A stretch of 64,000 nt of DNA from an uncultured Candidatus Saccharibacteria bacterium (GTDB lineage Bacteria; Patescibacteriota; Minisyncoccia; Phycocordibacterales; CSBR16-119): NCBI GenBank assembly GCA_964589975.1, contig CAZPVH010000003.1, positions 5,608 to 69,607 of the forward strand. Direction: 5' to 3'. The first letter of the stretch is position 1; every line of letters starts with the position of its first letter. A program made the position numbers and the translations under genes. Positions 1 to 9,739 of the stretch are shown here, piece after piece. The notes under the pieces were generated by a model that worked only from the letters and a program-made list of their open reading frames with translations, was not told where the DNA came from and searched no databases.

Positions 1-57
1 CTACATGTACCTGCGCGCCGCCGATCTCTGATTTGGTTATGGAATAAAGAATTCTCA

Positions 58-840
58 TTATTTTAGAAATTTACGGATACTATATGGCAGTATCATACTG
101 GCAAGTGGGCGCGATAAATATATTATAGAAAACCAGGAGTAATCGCCTCTTTTGATAGCTTCCCATCTGGCCCTTAGGGCGAACTTCGCTTGTTCAGTAT
201 TTTTCTTTCTCGTAATCGAATTCTCGCTAACCCGGCTTTTTAATAAATTTTCTGGCAAATTAGATAATTTTGAAATTCTATTTAATCTGAAAAACAGTTC
301 ATAGTCTTGAGCATATTTCCAATCTTCGTTATAAAACCCTGCCGTATCTAGGGAGGACTTTCTCATCATAATAGAAGAATGAAAGAACGGATTAAATCTT
401 ATCAATGACTTACTAAGGTTTTCATACTTAGTCGGGTATCTTTGCTCGCCTATTGTTTCTGATTTTTCATTAATCAATTCTGCCCACGAACCCACAAGTC
501 CGTAATCTTTATTTTCATCTAAAAATTTAACTTGTTTTTCAAATCTCTCCGGAAAAGCAATATCGTCCGCGTCCATGCGGGCAATATATTCTCCCCGTGC
601 TTTTTTAAGAGCGATGTTAAGCGACTTCGTGAGCCCCAAGTTTTCTTTATTCCCCACAAGCCTCACTCGGTCATCAGCCAGAGTATATTCGTCAATGAGT
701 ACCGCGCTCGCGTCGGTCGAAGCGTCGTCGACAATTATGAATTCAAAGTCGCCAAATGTTTGCCCAAGGATGCTGTCTATACAGGCCTTCAGATAGGCTT
801 CGCCATTCCGGACCGACATGATGACAGAAACTTTTGGCAT
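58..840 (-). CDS. glycosyltransferase family 2
   Basis: N-terminal VSVIMSVRNGEAYL...DDASTDAS and a DAD motif, typical of the GT2 (GT-A) fold. Confidence 0.85.
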   Translation of the reverse strand: MPKVSVIMSVRNGEAYLKACIDSILGQTFGDFEFIIVDDASTDASAVLIDEYTLADDRVRLVGNKENLGLTKSLNIALKKARGEYIARMDADDIAFPERFEKQVKFLDENKDYGLVGSWAELINEKSETIGEQRYPTKYENLSKSLIRFNPFFHSSIMMRKSSLDTAGFYNEDWKYAQDYELFFRLNRISKLSNLPENLLKSRVSENSITRKKNTEQAKFALRARWEAIKRGDYSWFSIIYLSRPLASMILPYSIRKFLK

Positions 841-843
841 AAT

Positions 844-1797
844 TTATACGAGTTCGAAAAACGTTTCCCAGTACCCGACTTCGAGCTTTGGATGAGAGAG
901 CATGGCGCCCATGCTCGTGGCGCAGATATCAGAGCGGCCGCGCCAGAAGCTTTTTCGGATCTCATAACCGTGCGAGCGAAGGAACTCAACGATTTCTCTG
1001 GCCGAAGAGTCTTTTTTATGAAGAAGCTCTGAATGAATTTCAATAAAGAAATACTTCGGCCTGTTACCCTCTGCTAAGGCCTTCTCCGAACCTTTCAATA
1101 TCTCTTTTTCATACCCCTCAACATCCATCCGGATGAAATCAACTTTCTTAAACTTGAGGAAATCATCGAGCGTCATGATTTCGACTTCGACTTCTTCGTA
1201 TTTCATACCCATATCTTCGCGCTTAATGAAGCTTGACAGGTTACCACGATCATAAACATAGAATTTTGCCTTGCCTCTGTTATCACCGAAAGCGGCCTGA
1301 TGGAGATCTGCGTTTCGAATATTATTTAGCTCCAAATTTTTCTTGAGTGAAGCAAAATTGTGCGGAGCTGGTTCGATGGCGTAGAGATGTCCGGTCGGAC
1401 CGGCGAGTTTCGTTTCGATAAGCGCGTAGTAGCCAATGTTCGCGCCAACTTCAAGAATCTTCATACCAGGAGTAATGATGCTTTTTACTTCTTCTGTTGA
1501 ATTTTTCTCATGAACACCATAGAGCGCCAATTCACGAGATATGCCGAGATCATTTAGATCAAGGATCATCATATTTCCTTGAACTTTTTTCATAATTTTC
1601 CCGTTCTTGAAAACGATGTAGAGAAATTTAAGAGGAATGTACTCGCGGAAAAATCGCTTCACTATAGTGAAAGCGACCGAGGCAGTCTTGCCAACAAAAA
1701 CAACCGGGCCCTTTTCCCTCAGAACCTTTATCCCCTTTTTAAAAAGGTTGTCGTTTGTTTTTAGGAGCGTATTTTTTAAATTTGATAGTCTTTTCAT
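844..1797 (-). CDS. FkbM-family SAM-dependent methyltransferase
   Basis: ILEVGANIGYYAL Rossmann/SAM motif with FkbM-like architecture. Confidence 0.75.
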   Translation of the reverse strand: MKRLSNLKNTLLKTNDNLFKKGIKVLREKGPVVFVGKTASVAFTIVKRFFREYIPLKFLYIVFKNGKIMKKVQGNMMILDLNDLGISRELALYGVHEKNSTEEVKSIITPGMKILEVGANIGYYALIETKLAGPTGHLYAIEPAPHNFASLKKNLELNNIRNADLHQAAFGDNRGKAKFYVYDRGNLSSFIKREDMGMKYEEVEVEIMTLDDFLKFKKVDFIRMDVEGYEKEILKGSEKALAEGNRPKYFFIEIHSELLHKKDSSAREIVEFLRSHGYEIRKSFWRGRSDICATSMGAMLSHPKLEVGYWETFFELV

Positions 1798-1799
1798 AA

Positions 1800-2972
1800 T
1801 TAACTGTTCTGTTTTGAAATAATATTCTGCACCGCTTCTCGGAATGTCTTTGTGAAATTTTCTTTGGTATACTTTTCTGACTCTACATATGTGATTTCAC
1901 ATCTTCTTAGAAACTCGCTTCGTGACTCTTCGGATATTGCTTTAAATTTTGAGAGAAGATAATTCATCTCGATGGATTCAAGCATATACCCAAAATCTCC
2001 TACATCCACCCCGGCCTCCAAGGTGACAATAGGAATAAGTCCACGTCGCATACACGTCGTAACTGACGTAGCGCACCCCTCCGAAGACGAAGGAAGTATA
2101 ACATATCCGCATTCGCTGGAAATCTTCCTATATTCAGCACCTTTGACATCCATAAAGCCAATAAAATGGATGTTTGGAGAAGCTGCGAGCAACGGCGCCA
2201 TAATCTTATTAAAGTCCTCTTCACTTGTCGGCGCACCTATATATAGAGTTAGTTCAGGGAGATTATGAAAGGCTTCAATCGCGAGCGGTAGGCCTTTCAT
2301 GATATTTCCATTTCCGCCAAAGTAGAGAAACTTCTTTTGATCTTTTTCAGCAATCTCTTCCTTAGAAGTCCGTAGTCCATCGTAACTTGAAAGCCAAACT
2401 CGATGAACTGGCTTACCAAACTTCCGGTAACCTTCTATCCCCCAATCATTACAGCACGTAATGATTGCTTCCGTGTGCTTTATTGATTCGATTATATCTA
2501 CATTGTGGATTAGGCGACGATATACAATTTCATTTCCCGGGAATCTTTCTAGGAATTCATCGTGGCGCTTTTTTGTAATTTGATTGCTGAGATCAGGTTC
2601 CGGACCCATAGCGTATAAAATGCGAATTGCGCTCGGCAGTCCTTTGGCGATATCGATAAAATGCTTCCCCGAATCCCCTGCGCCCAGTCCGATGAATAAA
2701 TCATATTCGTCTTTGATCTTAGACACGTGAATCATCTCTGCCGTCCTGTCGATGATGTCAACGACATAGCCAAGCTCGTTCAAAATACAGGCCATTTGGT
2801 AGCTCTCCCAATTATTTGGATGAGACAGGTCAGTAAAAGCGCCGCGCAAAAAAAACTCTTCAGTCTTGTAGTACATTAACGCTCGGCCGCGCTTTTCCTT
2901 GAGGAATCGATCAAAGCCTCTTACGAATTTCCGCCGAGCTAATTTATTAATTATTTTTTGGAATATCTTCAT
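1800..2972 (-). CDS. GT-B fold glycosyltransferase (GT1/GT4-like)
   Basis: C-terminal region ...ILPSSSEGCATSV...RRGLIPIV resembles the GT4 E-x7-E region. Confidence 0.6.
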   Translation of the reverse strand: MKIFQKIINKLARRKFVRGFDRFLKEKRGRALMYYKTEEFFLRGAFTDLSHPNNWESYQMACILNELGYVVDIIDRTAEMIHVSKIKDEYDLFIGLGAGDSGKHFIDIAKGLPSAIRILYAMGPEPDLSNQITKKRHDEFLERFPGNEIVYRRLIHNVDIIESIKHTEAIITCCNDWGIEGYRKFGKPVHRVWLSSYDGLRTSKEEIAEKDQKKFLYFGGNGNIMKGLPLAIEAFHNLPELTLYIGAPTSEEDFNKIMAPLLAASPNIHFIGFMDVKGAEYRKISSECGYVILPSSSEGCATSVTTCMRRGLIPIVTLEAGVDVGDFGYMLESIEMNYLLSKFKAISEESRSEFLRRCEITYVESEKYTKENFTKTFREAVQNIISKQNS

Positions 2973-2975
2973 CGA

Positions 2976-3890
2976 TTATTTTCCGTAAATCAGCGCGCGA
3001 AGTTCTTCTCCCGTATAGCTTTCAGCATTCTGTGTCGAGAGGGCCTCCGATGGATTCGCGTTCGTCTTTCCAGGACGAACAACATAGAAATCACCTTCAT
3101 CAAATGTGAAGTACCGCTCGCTCTCGCCGACCAGATCTTCGTGGATCTTTTCTCCTGGCGATATGCCAATGATTTCAAAGGAATCTTTTTTGAAAATAGT
3201 TTTTAGAATATCTAGAATACTCGCTTGTTTCATCTTTGGGATATAAATTTCTCCGCCGTCAGCTTTTTCTATGGCAGCGATAACAGTATTTACCGCATCA
3301 GTAAGCCTGAAGAAAAATCTCCTCATGTCTGCATGATGTAATTTTACTTCGAGCTCTGGATGCTCTTTCCAAAAAGTAATAACGCTTCCGTGCGAGTCGA
3401 TAATGTTGCCAAAGCGAGTGCAGGCAAAAGTAGTATCGGAATTCTTGTCCGCTTCTATAAACAGGCGCTCCATGATGTATTTCGTCATTCCGTAGGCATT
3501 GGACGGAGCCGCTGCTTTGTCTGTCGAAATACCGATTGCCTTTTTTATGCTTGGAGTATCTATCACTGCCTGGATGAAAGACTGCGAGCCGATAATATTA
3601 TTCAGGTAGCCCTGAGTCGGCTGCTCTTCCACCATAATTAGATCTTTCATGGCGGCTGCATGAATGGCCAGATGACATCCCCGGAGAGCATATTTTAAGG
3701 TTTCGGTATCTCTAACATCGCCAATTCGAAAAGTTAAATTAGGATTATTGAACTCCTTCATCATCTCGTACTGACGCTCCTCGTTTCGGCTATAAATGAC
3801 TATTTGATTATCTTTTCCAAGCTCTCGTGCGAGCGCTTTGCCAAGAGATCCTGTGCCGCCAGTTATGAGAATTTTCTTATCTTTGATCAT
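2976..3890 (-). CDS. NAD-dependent sugar-nucleotide 4,6-dehydratase/epimerase, PseB/CapD-like
   Basis: KKILITGGTGSLGKAL N-terminal Rossmann motif typical of the PseB/FlaA1/CapD polysaccharide-biosynthesis dehydratases. Confidence 0.75.
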   Translation of the reverse strand: MIKDKKILITGGTGSLGKALARELGKDNQIVIYSRNEERQYEMMKEFNNPNLTFRIGDVRDTETLKYALRGCHLAIHAAAMKDLIMVEEQPTQGYLNNIIGSQSFIQAVIDTPSIKKAIGISTDKAAAPSNAYGMTKYIMERLFIEADKNSDTTFACTRFGNIIDSHGSVITFWKEHPELEVKLHHADMRRFFFRLTDAVNTVIAAIEKADGGEIYIPKMKQASILDILKTIFKKDSFEIIGISPGEKIHEDLVGESERYFTFDEGDFYVVRPGKTNANPSEALSTQNAESYTGEELRALIYGK

Positions 3891-3899
3891 AAAGTTTGC

Positions 3900-4931
3900 C
3901 TATTGGTAAAGCTCTTCTATACCGCTAATAATACCTGTTCCCTGATTATTGGCAACAAATTGCTTCAACATCGGGAGACCTTCTTCCTTAGGCATTAGCC
4001 CGCCAATTCCGTCACAAATGCCAAAGACCCTTTTAGGATTCTCTACATCATCAACCAGAATATCTCCCCTGGCCCCCAAGGTTCCAGGGGTTATCAGGGA
4101 GGCGCCGTTCAAATATCGACTTCTCGGTTTTTCTAAGAGACGCCTTTGATATAGCCAATTTTCAATCATGCCGATGTAGCCGCCCAGACTTGACAGCGAA
4201 AGCACTTCAACACTTCGGGCGCGCGCCGCAGCTATGGCTTCTGGAAAAATATTTCTGTTTCCGGCATCGATTATTTTCCCCCCTGCTTTCATGGCGTCAA
4301 CAATGGAAGAGTCAATTACAGAAATGCCGGGCGTGCAGCCAATAATAAGATCTGTATCTTTTGCGCCATCTGCAAGAGTTTTGACCAGAGCAATTGAACT
4401 TCCGCTCCGCTTTATAAGATTAAGACCTTCAATAATTTTTTGGGATTTTTCGATGTCCTTATCGAAAAGGAAGACTCCTGCTCCACGTTCGCATAATTTC
4501 AAAGATATTTTTGAGCCGAGGTTCCCGGCTCCAATAATGAAAATCTTTTTACCATCAACGGACCCGAACATAGTCACGATAAAAATATCCAGAGAATCTA
4601 CTGTAAAATCATTAGGTTTCACGATAAGACACTTGCTTTTCTTTATTCTTGTCAAAAATTCTTGAGCCAAGCTTCCTGCTTCGTTCTTTACTTCACAATC
4701 AATCAAAAAATAACCGACAACTCCGTCAAAAATACTAACGATTTCATCTATACTGGATTTTTCGCGCAATATGATAGTAACGGCAATTGTTGTTTTGGTT
4801 TCTCTTGTTGACCCAAAAATTATTTCAGGATTGGTAATGTCTGCCGTCGTCGATACCAGAATCAGTTTTTCCTTCGTTGAGCCAAGTAGAACAGATTTAA
4901 GGCTTTCAAATTTTTCTCTTACATTTTCCAT
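3900..4931 (-). CDS. NAD(P)-binding Rossmann-fold protein of unknown specificity
   Basis: KIFIIGAGNLGSKISLKL dinucleotide-binding motif; family not recognised. Confidence 0.5.
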   Translation of the reverse strand: MENVREKFESLKSVLLGSTKEKLILVSTTADITNPEIIFGSTRETKTTIAVTIILREKSSIDEIVSIFDGVVGYFLIDCEVKNEAGSLAQEFLTRIKKSKCLIVKPNDFTVDSLDIFIVTMFGSVDGKKIFIIGAGNLGSKISLKLCERGAGVFLFDKDIEKSQKIIEGLNLIKRSGSSIALVKTLADGAKDTDLIIGCTPGISVIDSSIVDAMKAGGKIIDAGNRNIFPEAIAAARARSVEVLSLSSLGGYIGMIENWLYQRRLLEKPRSRYLNGASLITPGTLGARGDILVDDVENPKRVFGICDGIGGLMPKEEGLPMLKQFVANNQGTGIISGIEELYQ

Positions 4932-4932
4932 A

Positions 4933-5643
4933 CTATAAAAGTTTATCAGGATTTCCTTTTAAAATATGCTTGAGGCTCTCCGGCCCATGATTTAGATAAA
5001 GATCAAGAATTGATAGGTATGCGGCAAATTCTTTGCCCTTGAATTGCGGATACTCCGGATGCGTAAATTTCTGAAAGATGACTTTGATCCCCGCCTTGTC
5101 ATACTCTTCTGTTTTTAGATATGCTTTCGCCCCGCTTCCGGATAGATACGTATCGGCGCCGCAGACCTTGCATATTTCGAGTGTCACGTCGGTACCACCT
5201 TTTGCCTTTCCCGACAGCGACAACTCAGAGGCTCTCTTTATCTCTGTTTTTATTCCGAGCTTTTCTTTCAAGGCCAAAATCAAATCTAAGTTAAAATCAG
5301 CCAACTTCTCGTGTTTTTTAGCGTAATGGTTTTCCAAAAATTCTAGCGTTTTTGGCGCGTGTGGATGTTTCGCATAATTCTGTCTAAGTGTTGTGAGGTG
5401 CTTTTTGATTATCGGACTCTGCCAATTTATCCTTATATCGCTAATCCTTGCATCCGATGAGTGCTTAAGAAGTGGAATGGTGAGCCAAGTTGGTTTTCCG
5501 GAGGCCAAAATCTTATTCCTATTTTGAACGTTATTTTTTTCAAATTGAACGGTGTCTAAAATAACAAAAACGTCAGCCAAATGCATCTTGTGAAAAAATC
5601 CTAGCCAAGGAAAGGCCTCTGGCTGATGGATGGCAACTATCAT
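4933..5643 (-). CDS. WbqC-family protein (polysaccharide biosynthesis)
   Basis: N-terminus MIVAIHQPEAFPWLGFFHKM matches the WbqC-like family signature. Confidence 0.75.
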   Translation of the reverse strand: MIVAIHQPEAFPWLGFFHKMHLADVFVILDTVQFEKNNVQNRNKILASGKPTWLTIPLLKHSSDARISDIRINWQSPIIKKHLTTLRQNYAKHPHAPKTLEFLENHYAKKHEKLADFNLDLILALKEKLGIKTEIKRASELSLSGKAKGGTDVTLEICKVCGADTYLSGSGAKAYLKTEEYDKAGIKVIFQKFTHPEYPQFKGKEFAAYLSILDLYLNHGPESLKHILKGNPDKLL

Positions 5644-5645
5644 AT

Positions 5646-6314
5646 TTAGAGTTTCAAGCTAACGCGGACCGCCTCAAAAGCTTCGGCATATTTGCATCCG
5701 TTCTCAAAGCCGCGGATCTTGGCTCGGCCTTCGATTGCCTCAATCCAGCGCTCGCCATATTTGGCATGCTGGCTGCGGTGCTCTTTTAGTGACTCAAGCT
5801 TTTGATCAATAGTGTCGGAGATATCAAAATAAACCTGTGCCCGGAATGGGTGGTAAGAACGTCCGGATGGTGGAATAGGTTCGTACATGAAAATGTTGTA
5901 CATGTATCGCGCAGCGGAAATCGTAGCCTGAGCAGTATTTTTATGATCCTGATGAGTATCGAACACCCAGTGAGTAAAGATATACTCCGGCTTGAACTCA
6001 GACATGATCTGATCAAGCGCCTCTACCGTCGATCCGTTATACGGCACGTTCTTGTTCGGGAAATTAAGTACAACGAGGTCGGTCACCCCGAGCTTCGCTG
6101 CGGCTGCTCTGCCTTCGGTCATGGCCTCGTCGACGGTCCGAAGAACTGTCCCATCGAAATTCTGGTATGAGGAATCGGTCATAACGACCATCTTAACCTT
6201 ATGGCCCTCTTTCACAGCCTTGGCTAAAATACCCCCGCAGGCGAGTTCAATATCATCCAAATGCGCCCCTATGGCCAATATATTCATATTGTCTAATCTA
6301 CCCTTTTGGACCAA
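5646..6314 (-). CDS. PIG-L/LmbE-family N-acetylglucosaminyl deacetylase
   Basis: ILAIGAHLDDIELACGG...MVVMTD motif of the PIG-L family. Confidence 0.8.
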   Translation of the reverse strand: MVQKGRLDNMNILAIGAHLDDIELACGGILAKAVKEGHKVKMVVMTDSSYQNFDGTVLRTVDEAMTEGRAAAAKLGVTDLVVLNFPNKNVPYNGSTVEALDQIMSEFKPEYIFTHWVFDTHQDHKNTAQATISAARYMYNIFMYEPIPPSGRSYHPFRAQVYFDISDTIDQKLESLKEHRSQHAKYGERWIEAIEGRAKIRGFENGCKYAEAFEAVRVSLKL

Positions 6315-6378
6315 AAAATCAAGCCTATTTCTTAAAAACGTAAAGCAAGTATGGGAAGTATAATTTCGCGGTAGACAA

Positions 6379-7053
6379 TCACCTGGAAAGAAACCTCTCT
6401 AGCTTGTTCCGCGAATCAGCAAGAAACCCCAAGTATTTAGCACCTGTAATTTTCTCCGTATCGCTAATAATAAAGCCGGGGTTACCTTTAAAAATATTCC
6501 CGCCCCCAACAACCGATTCTTTCGCAAATCTATAATCCCCCGTAAATGATTTCCAAGTTCTATCTTTCATCCTAATCTTCGGTGAGAAAAAATAACCAAG
6601 CTTGTTGTGTGATGAGAACGCTAAAAGCCCGCCCGGCTTTAATTTTTTTGTCGCTTCCTGAAGAGCTTTGTCACGCATTTCTTTCAAATCGATATAGTCT
6701 ATTGAATTCATAGGAAACAGAACGACATCAAAACCCTGGTCCGGTAGAAATGAGAGGTCTGATGCATCACCTTCGCAGAATTCTAGGTCTCTGAATTTTT
6801 CCTGAGGAAAATTATTTTTTGCAATCTCGGTCAACTTTTTTGAGCGATCAATGCTTAAAACTTTATTCCCGTAAAGCAATAAATTTACAGGTACGCGGCC
6901 GGCCCCACCACCCAATACCAAGACGCTCTTCCCTTTTAAGTCATATCTATCGATCAGATATTTTTCCGGATTGTTCAGACTCTTTACTCGTGTCGTGTTC
7001 GCCGCGTATTTCGCGACAACTTGGTCAGACTCGTAAAGCTCTTCATTATTCAT
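6379..7053 (-). CDS. class I SAM-dependent methyltransferase
   Basis: VLVLGGGAGRV glycine-rich SAM-binding motif. Confidence 0.7.
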   Translation of the reverse strand: MNNEELYESDQVVAKYAANTTRVKSLNNPEKYLIDRYDLKGKSVLVLGGGAGRVPVNLLLYGNKVLSIDRSKKLTEIAKNNFPQEKFRDLEFCEGDASDLSFLPDQGFDVVLFPMNSIDYIDLKEMRDKALQEATKKLKPGGLLAFSSHNKLGYFFSPKIRMKDRTWKSFTGDYRFAKESVVGGGNIFKGNPGFIISDTEKITGAKYLGFLADSRNKLERFLSR

Positions 7054-8047
7054 ATAGAGAACTGATATTTTTGATAAGATCGTTAAAATTTTGGTCGATA
7101 GAATAATTCATTTCAATATTTTTCTTTAAATTACGACTGTATTCATTTCGAAGTTCTGGATTTTTAATTAAAGATTCAATTGCGTGCTTCCAGCCCTCTT
7201 TTGTTCCTACCAATAGCCCCGATTTTTTATCCTGGATAATCTGACAGGCCGAAGGTGTAAAATCTGCAACAACTGGGATTCCGAGTTGTGAGAAAACATA
7301 AATCCTTCCCGAATTATTCGACATCTTGAAACGCAGAACATAGTCATTCTTCACATAACTCTCAGGGTTACTGAAGAAAGCCCTAAATGGCCGAGCGAAA
7401 AGTTTGGGTGCCGGAAGCGCCGATGGCGCAATACCAATATCGCACTCTTTTAGATCTTCCAAAAATTTTCCTTCTTCCCACTGTATGTGCTTAACTTTAC
7501 AGATTTTTGGACAATTTTGCGTCCACCTACCCAGCTTGTCTACGTTATAAATAGCGCGCAGTTCTATATCATAAGTCTTGGCAAGTTCATCAAGCGCCCA
7601 CGATGCATCTACCATGGCATCAAGGTGCTGCTTATTCCCGTGATAGCCGATGACTATCTTTTTCTTCTCAACATGAATCTTTTCCGAAACTGGGATATCC
7701 GGGAACATATAATAAATGAAAACATTTTTGTTATATTTGAGAAAAAAATCTCTCTGCTCAATCGAAGAAACAATCAGAAAATCCGCCGCTCGGGCTTCCT
7801 CGCGCTGGCGCGAAAGCGTGACCTTTGGATCGAAAATTCCCGCCAATATTTTAGGATTCATTTGTTTGGCTTTCCTGATTTCTGAGTCTGGTGCCATAAA
7901 TAAAGCGACATCGTAGGCGCGGTAGTTATCCCAAACATTCCTTGTGGCTTCAGACAACCTTTTTACTAGCCCATCCAGAACGATGGTGCCAGCAGCTTTG
8001 TAGTTTGTATTTATGACGAATTTCATGCTGGCCTTATAACTGCCCAA
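7046..8047 (-). CDS. putative glycosyltransferase (GT-B-like), hypothetical
   Basis: C-terminal GIPVVADF...GLLVG region resembles GT1 donor-binding domain; weak. Confidence 0.45.
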   Translation of the reverse strand: MGSYKASMKFVINTNYKAAGTIVLDGLVKRLSEATRNVWDNYRAYDVALFMAPDSEIRKAKQMNPKILAGIFDPKVTLSRQREEARAADFLIVSSIEQRDFFLKYNKNVFIYYMFPDIPVSEKIHVEKKKIVIGYHGNKQHLDAMVDASWALDELAKTYDIELRAIYNVDKLGRWTQNCPKICKVKHIQWEEGKFLEDLKECDIGIAPSALPAPKLFARPFRAFFSNPESYVKNDYVLRFKMSNNSGRIYVFSQLGIPVVADFTPSACQIIQDKKSGLLVGTKEGWKHAIESLIKNPELRNEYSRNLKKNIEMNYSIDQNFNDLIKNISSLYE

Positions 8048-8658
8048 ATCTCTCCGAATTGAACAGTATGGCTATCAATCCTATAACCCGCCTGAGCAAA
8101 TTCCTTTTGGAATTGTGAAAACGTAAATTCAGTAAAGTGCGTCGTATCGAGGCGGTAATCAAGCCCGAGTTCTTTTTTATAAAGGGTCACCCACTCCCTG
8201 TCTATCATGGGCACACGGAATAGGAACTTGTCTGCGAGCGGTCGAATACTCTTTAGGAAATTTACTCTGTCGTCGATATGCTCCAACACATTCGACATGA
8301 TGATGACGTCGAATTTCTCATTTGACAAATCTTTAGTGGCATCAGCTACCCGGTATTCTATATTGACTGCTGAGTGTGCACGTCTCGCCTTTTCCACCAA
8401 ACTTTTCTCTATTTCAACTCCGGTTACTTTTTTTACTTTTTTTGCTACATCGTAAACCAGAGCACCATTGCCACAACCGATATCCAGGACTGTGTCTTCG
8501 GGACCAACATTATTTGCAAAAAATTCATGAAAGCCTATGAGGCGATGCTTGGGGTGGAGCCCTCCCTCATATTTGATTGCCAAATAGGAAATCAGTTTAT
8601 AAGAAAAGCTGTGAAGCTTAAGAGCTAATTTTAGTAAAATTTTATACAAAGCTTTCAT
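8023..8658 (-). CDS. class I SAM-dependent methyltransferase
   Basis: VLDIGCGNGALV motif, LEHI motif. Confidence 0.75.
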   Translation of the reverse strand: MKALYKILLKLALKLHSFSYKLISYLAIKYEGGLHPKHRLIGFHEFFANNVGPEDTVLDIGCGNGALVYDVAKKVKKVTGVEIEKSLVEKARRAHSAVNIEYRVADATKDLSNEKFDVIIMSNVLEHIDDRVNFLKSIRPLADKFLFRVPMIDREWVTLYKKELGLDYRLDTTHFTEFTFSQFQKEFAQAGYRIDSHTVQFGEIWAVIRPA

Positions 8659-9739
8659 AAATTAATTTCTCCTTATTTATTATTGTTTCTAGGCTATAAT
8701 CACGAACAATCATTTCTCTCGCATTAGCTCCCAGTCTATCACGCAGCTCTTTATTTTCAAGAAGTGTCTTTATCTTTTCGTGAAGGCTCTCTGCCGATAA
8801 GTCCGCCAAAAGACCCGTCTCGCCTTCGGCAATCACTTCCCTGATGCCTTTTACGTTAGTTCCAACACAGGCAAGTCCGCAAGACATGGCTTCAAGGAGA
8901 GCCTTTGGATTGCCCTCAGACTTGGAAGGCAAAATAAAAATCGCGCTTTTTGAAAGTTCTATGGGTAATTTTTCCTGAGCCACTTGGCCCAAGAAATTTA
9001 CACGCACACCTTTTTCCTTGGCCAGGTTTTGAATTTTTTCTTTTTGCGATCCGCTTCCGATAAGAAAAAGCTCGCATGGAAGACCTTTGAGTGAATCGAC
9101 CAAAAGCGGCAAATTCTTGTCTTCTTCGAGCCGGCCGACGAAAATGATCCTATTCTCTATTTGTAAAGAAAGGTTCGGCACAAAATGATCCGTATCAATA
9201 TAGTTTCTAACGACTTCGATTCGATTTTTCGGAATATTAAATTCCCGAACAATAAAATCCTGATCCTCGTTCGAAGTAATGATTATTCTGTCAGCATTTT
9301 TATACGACCAATTTTCTACAACCCTGGCAATATTTTTTTTCCACCAGGAAGCTCTGGTGGTTTTTAAATAATTCAACCACTCATACCCGGAGCGCACCAT
9401 TAATTTCTTCTTGAAGATCTTTTTGCCAATAACTCCCGCCCAAGATCCATCCATCTGATTTGTCTTGATGATATCAAGCTTGCGAAAGTGCTTAGCTCTA
9501 ATAATAGGCATCAAAAACATATACAATGCGCCTGGAATAAATTTAGGTTTTGAGATAATGCGGATGTTTTTCGGAAAAAGAAACCCATACCTTTCTTCTT
9601 TGACTCCGTACGTGAAAAAATAAATTTCTTCTATTTCTCTCGAGAGTTCGATGTATGGCCTAACCTCGCGCACCAGATTCCCCACCCTATCCCATGTAGC
9701 AAGAGAAATATTTCTCGTAAAGACAAGGCCGAGTTTCAT
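8642..9739 (-). CDS. glycosyltransferase family 4 (GT1 clan)
   Basis: IIFVGRLEEDKN...ILPSKSEGNPKALLEAMSCGLACVGT, a canonical GT4 C-terminal domain. Confidence 0.85.
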   Translation of the reverse strand: MKLGLVFTRNISLATWDRVGNLVREVRPYIELSREIEEIYFFTYGVKEERYGFLFPKNIRIISKPKFIPGALYMFLMPIIRAKHFRKLDIIKTNQMDGSWAGVIGKKIFKKKLMVRSGYEWLNYLKTTRASWWKKNIARVVENWSYKNADRIIITSNEDQDFIVREFNIPKNRIEVVRNYIDTDHFVPNLSLQIENRIIFVGRLEEDKNLPLLVDSLKGLPCELFLIGSGSQKEKIQNLAKEKGVRVNFLGQVAQEKLPIELSKSAIFILPSKSEGNPKALLEAMSCGLACVGTNVKGIREVIAEGETGLLADLSAESLHEKIKTLLENKELRDRLGANAREMIVRDYSLETIINKEKLIYESFV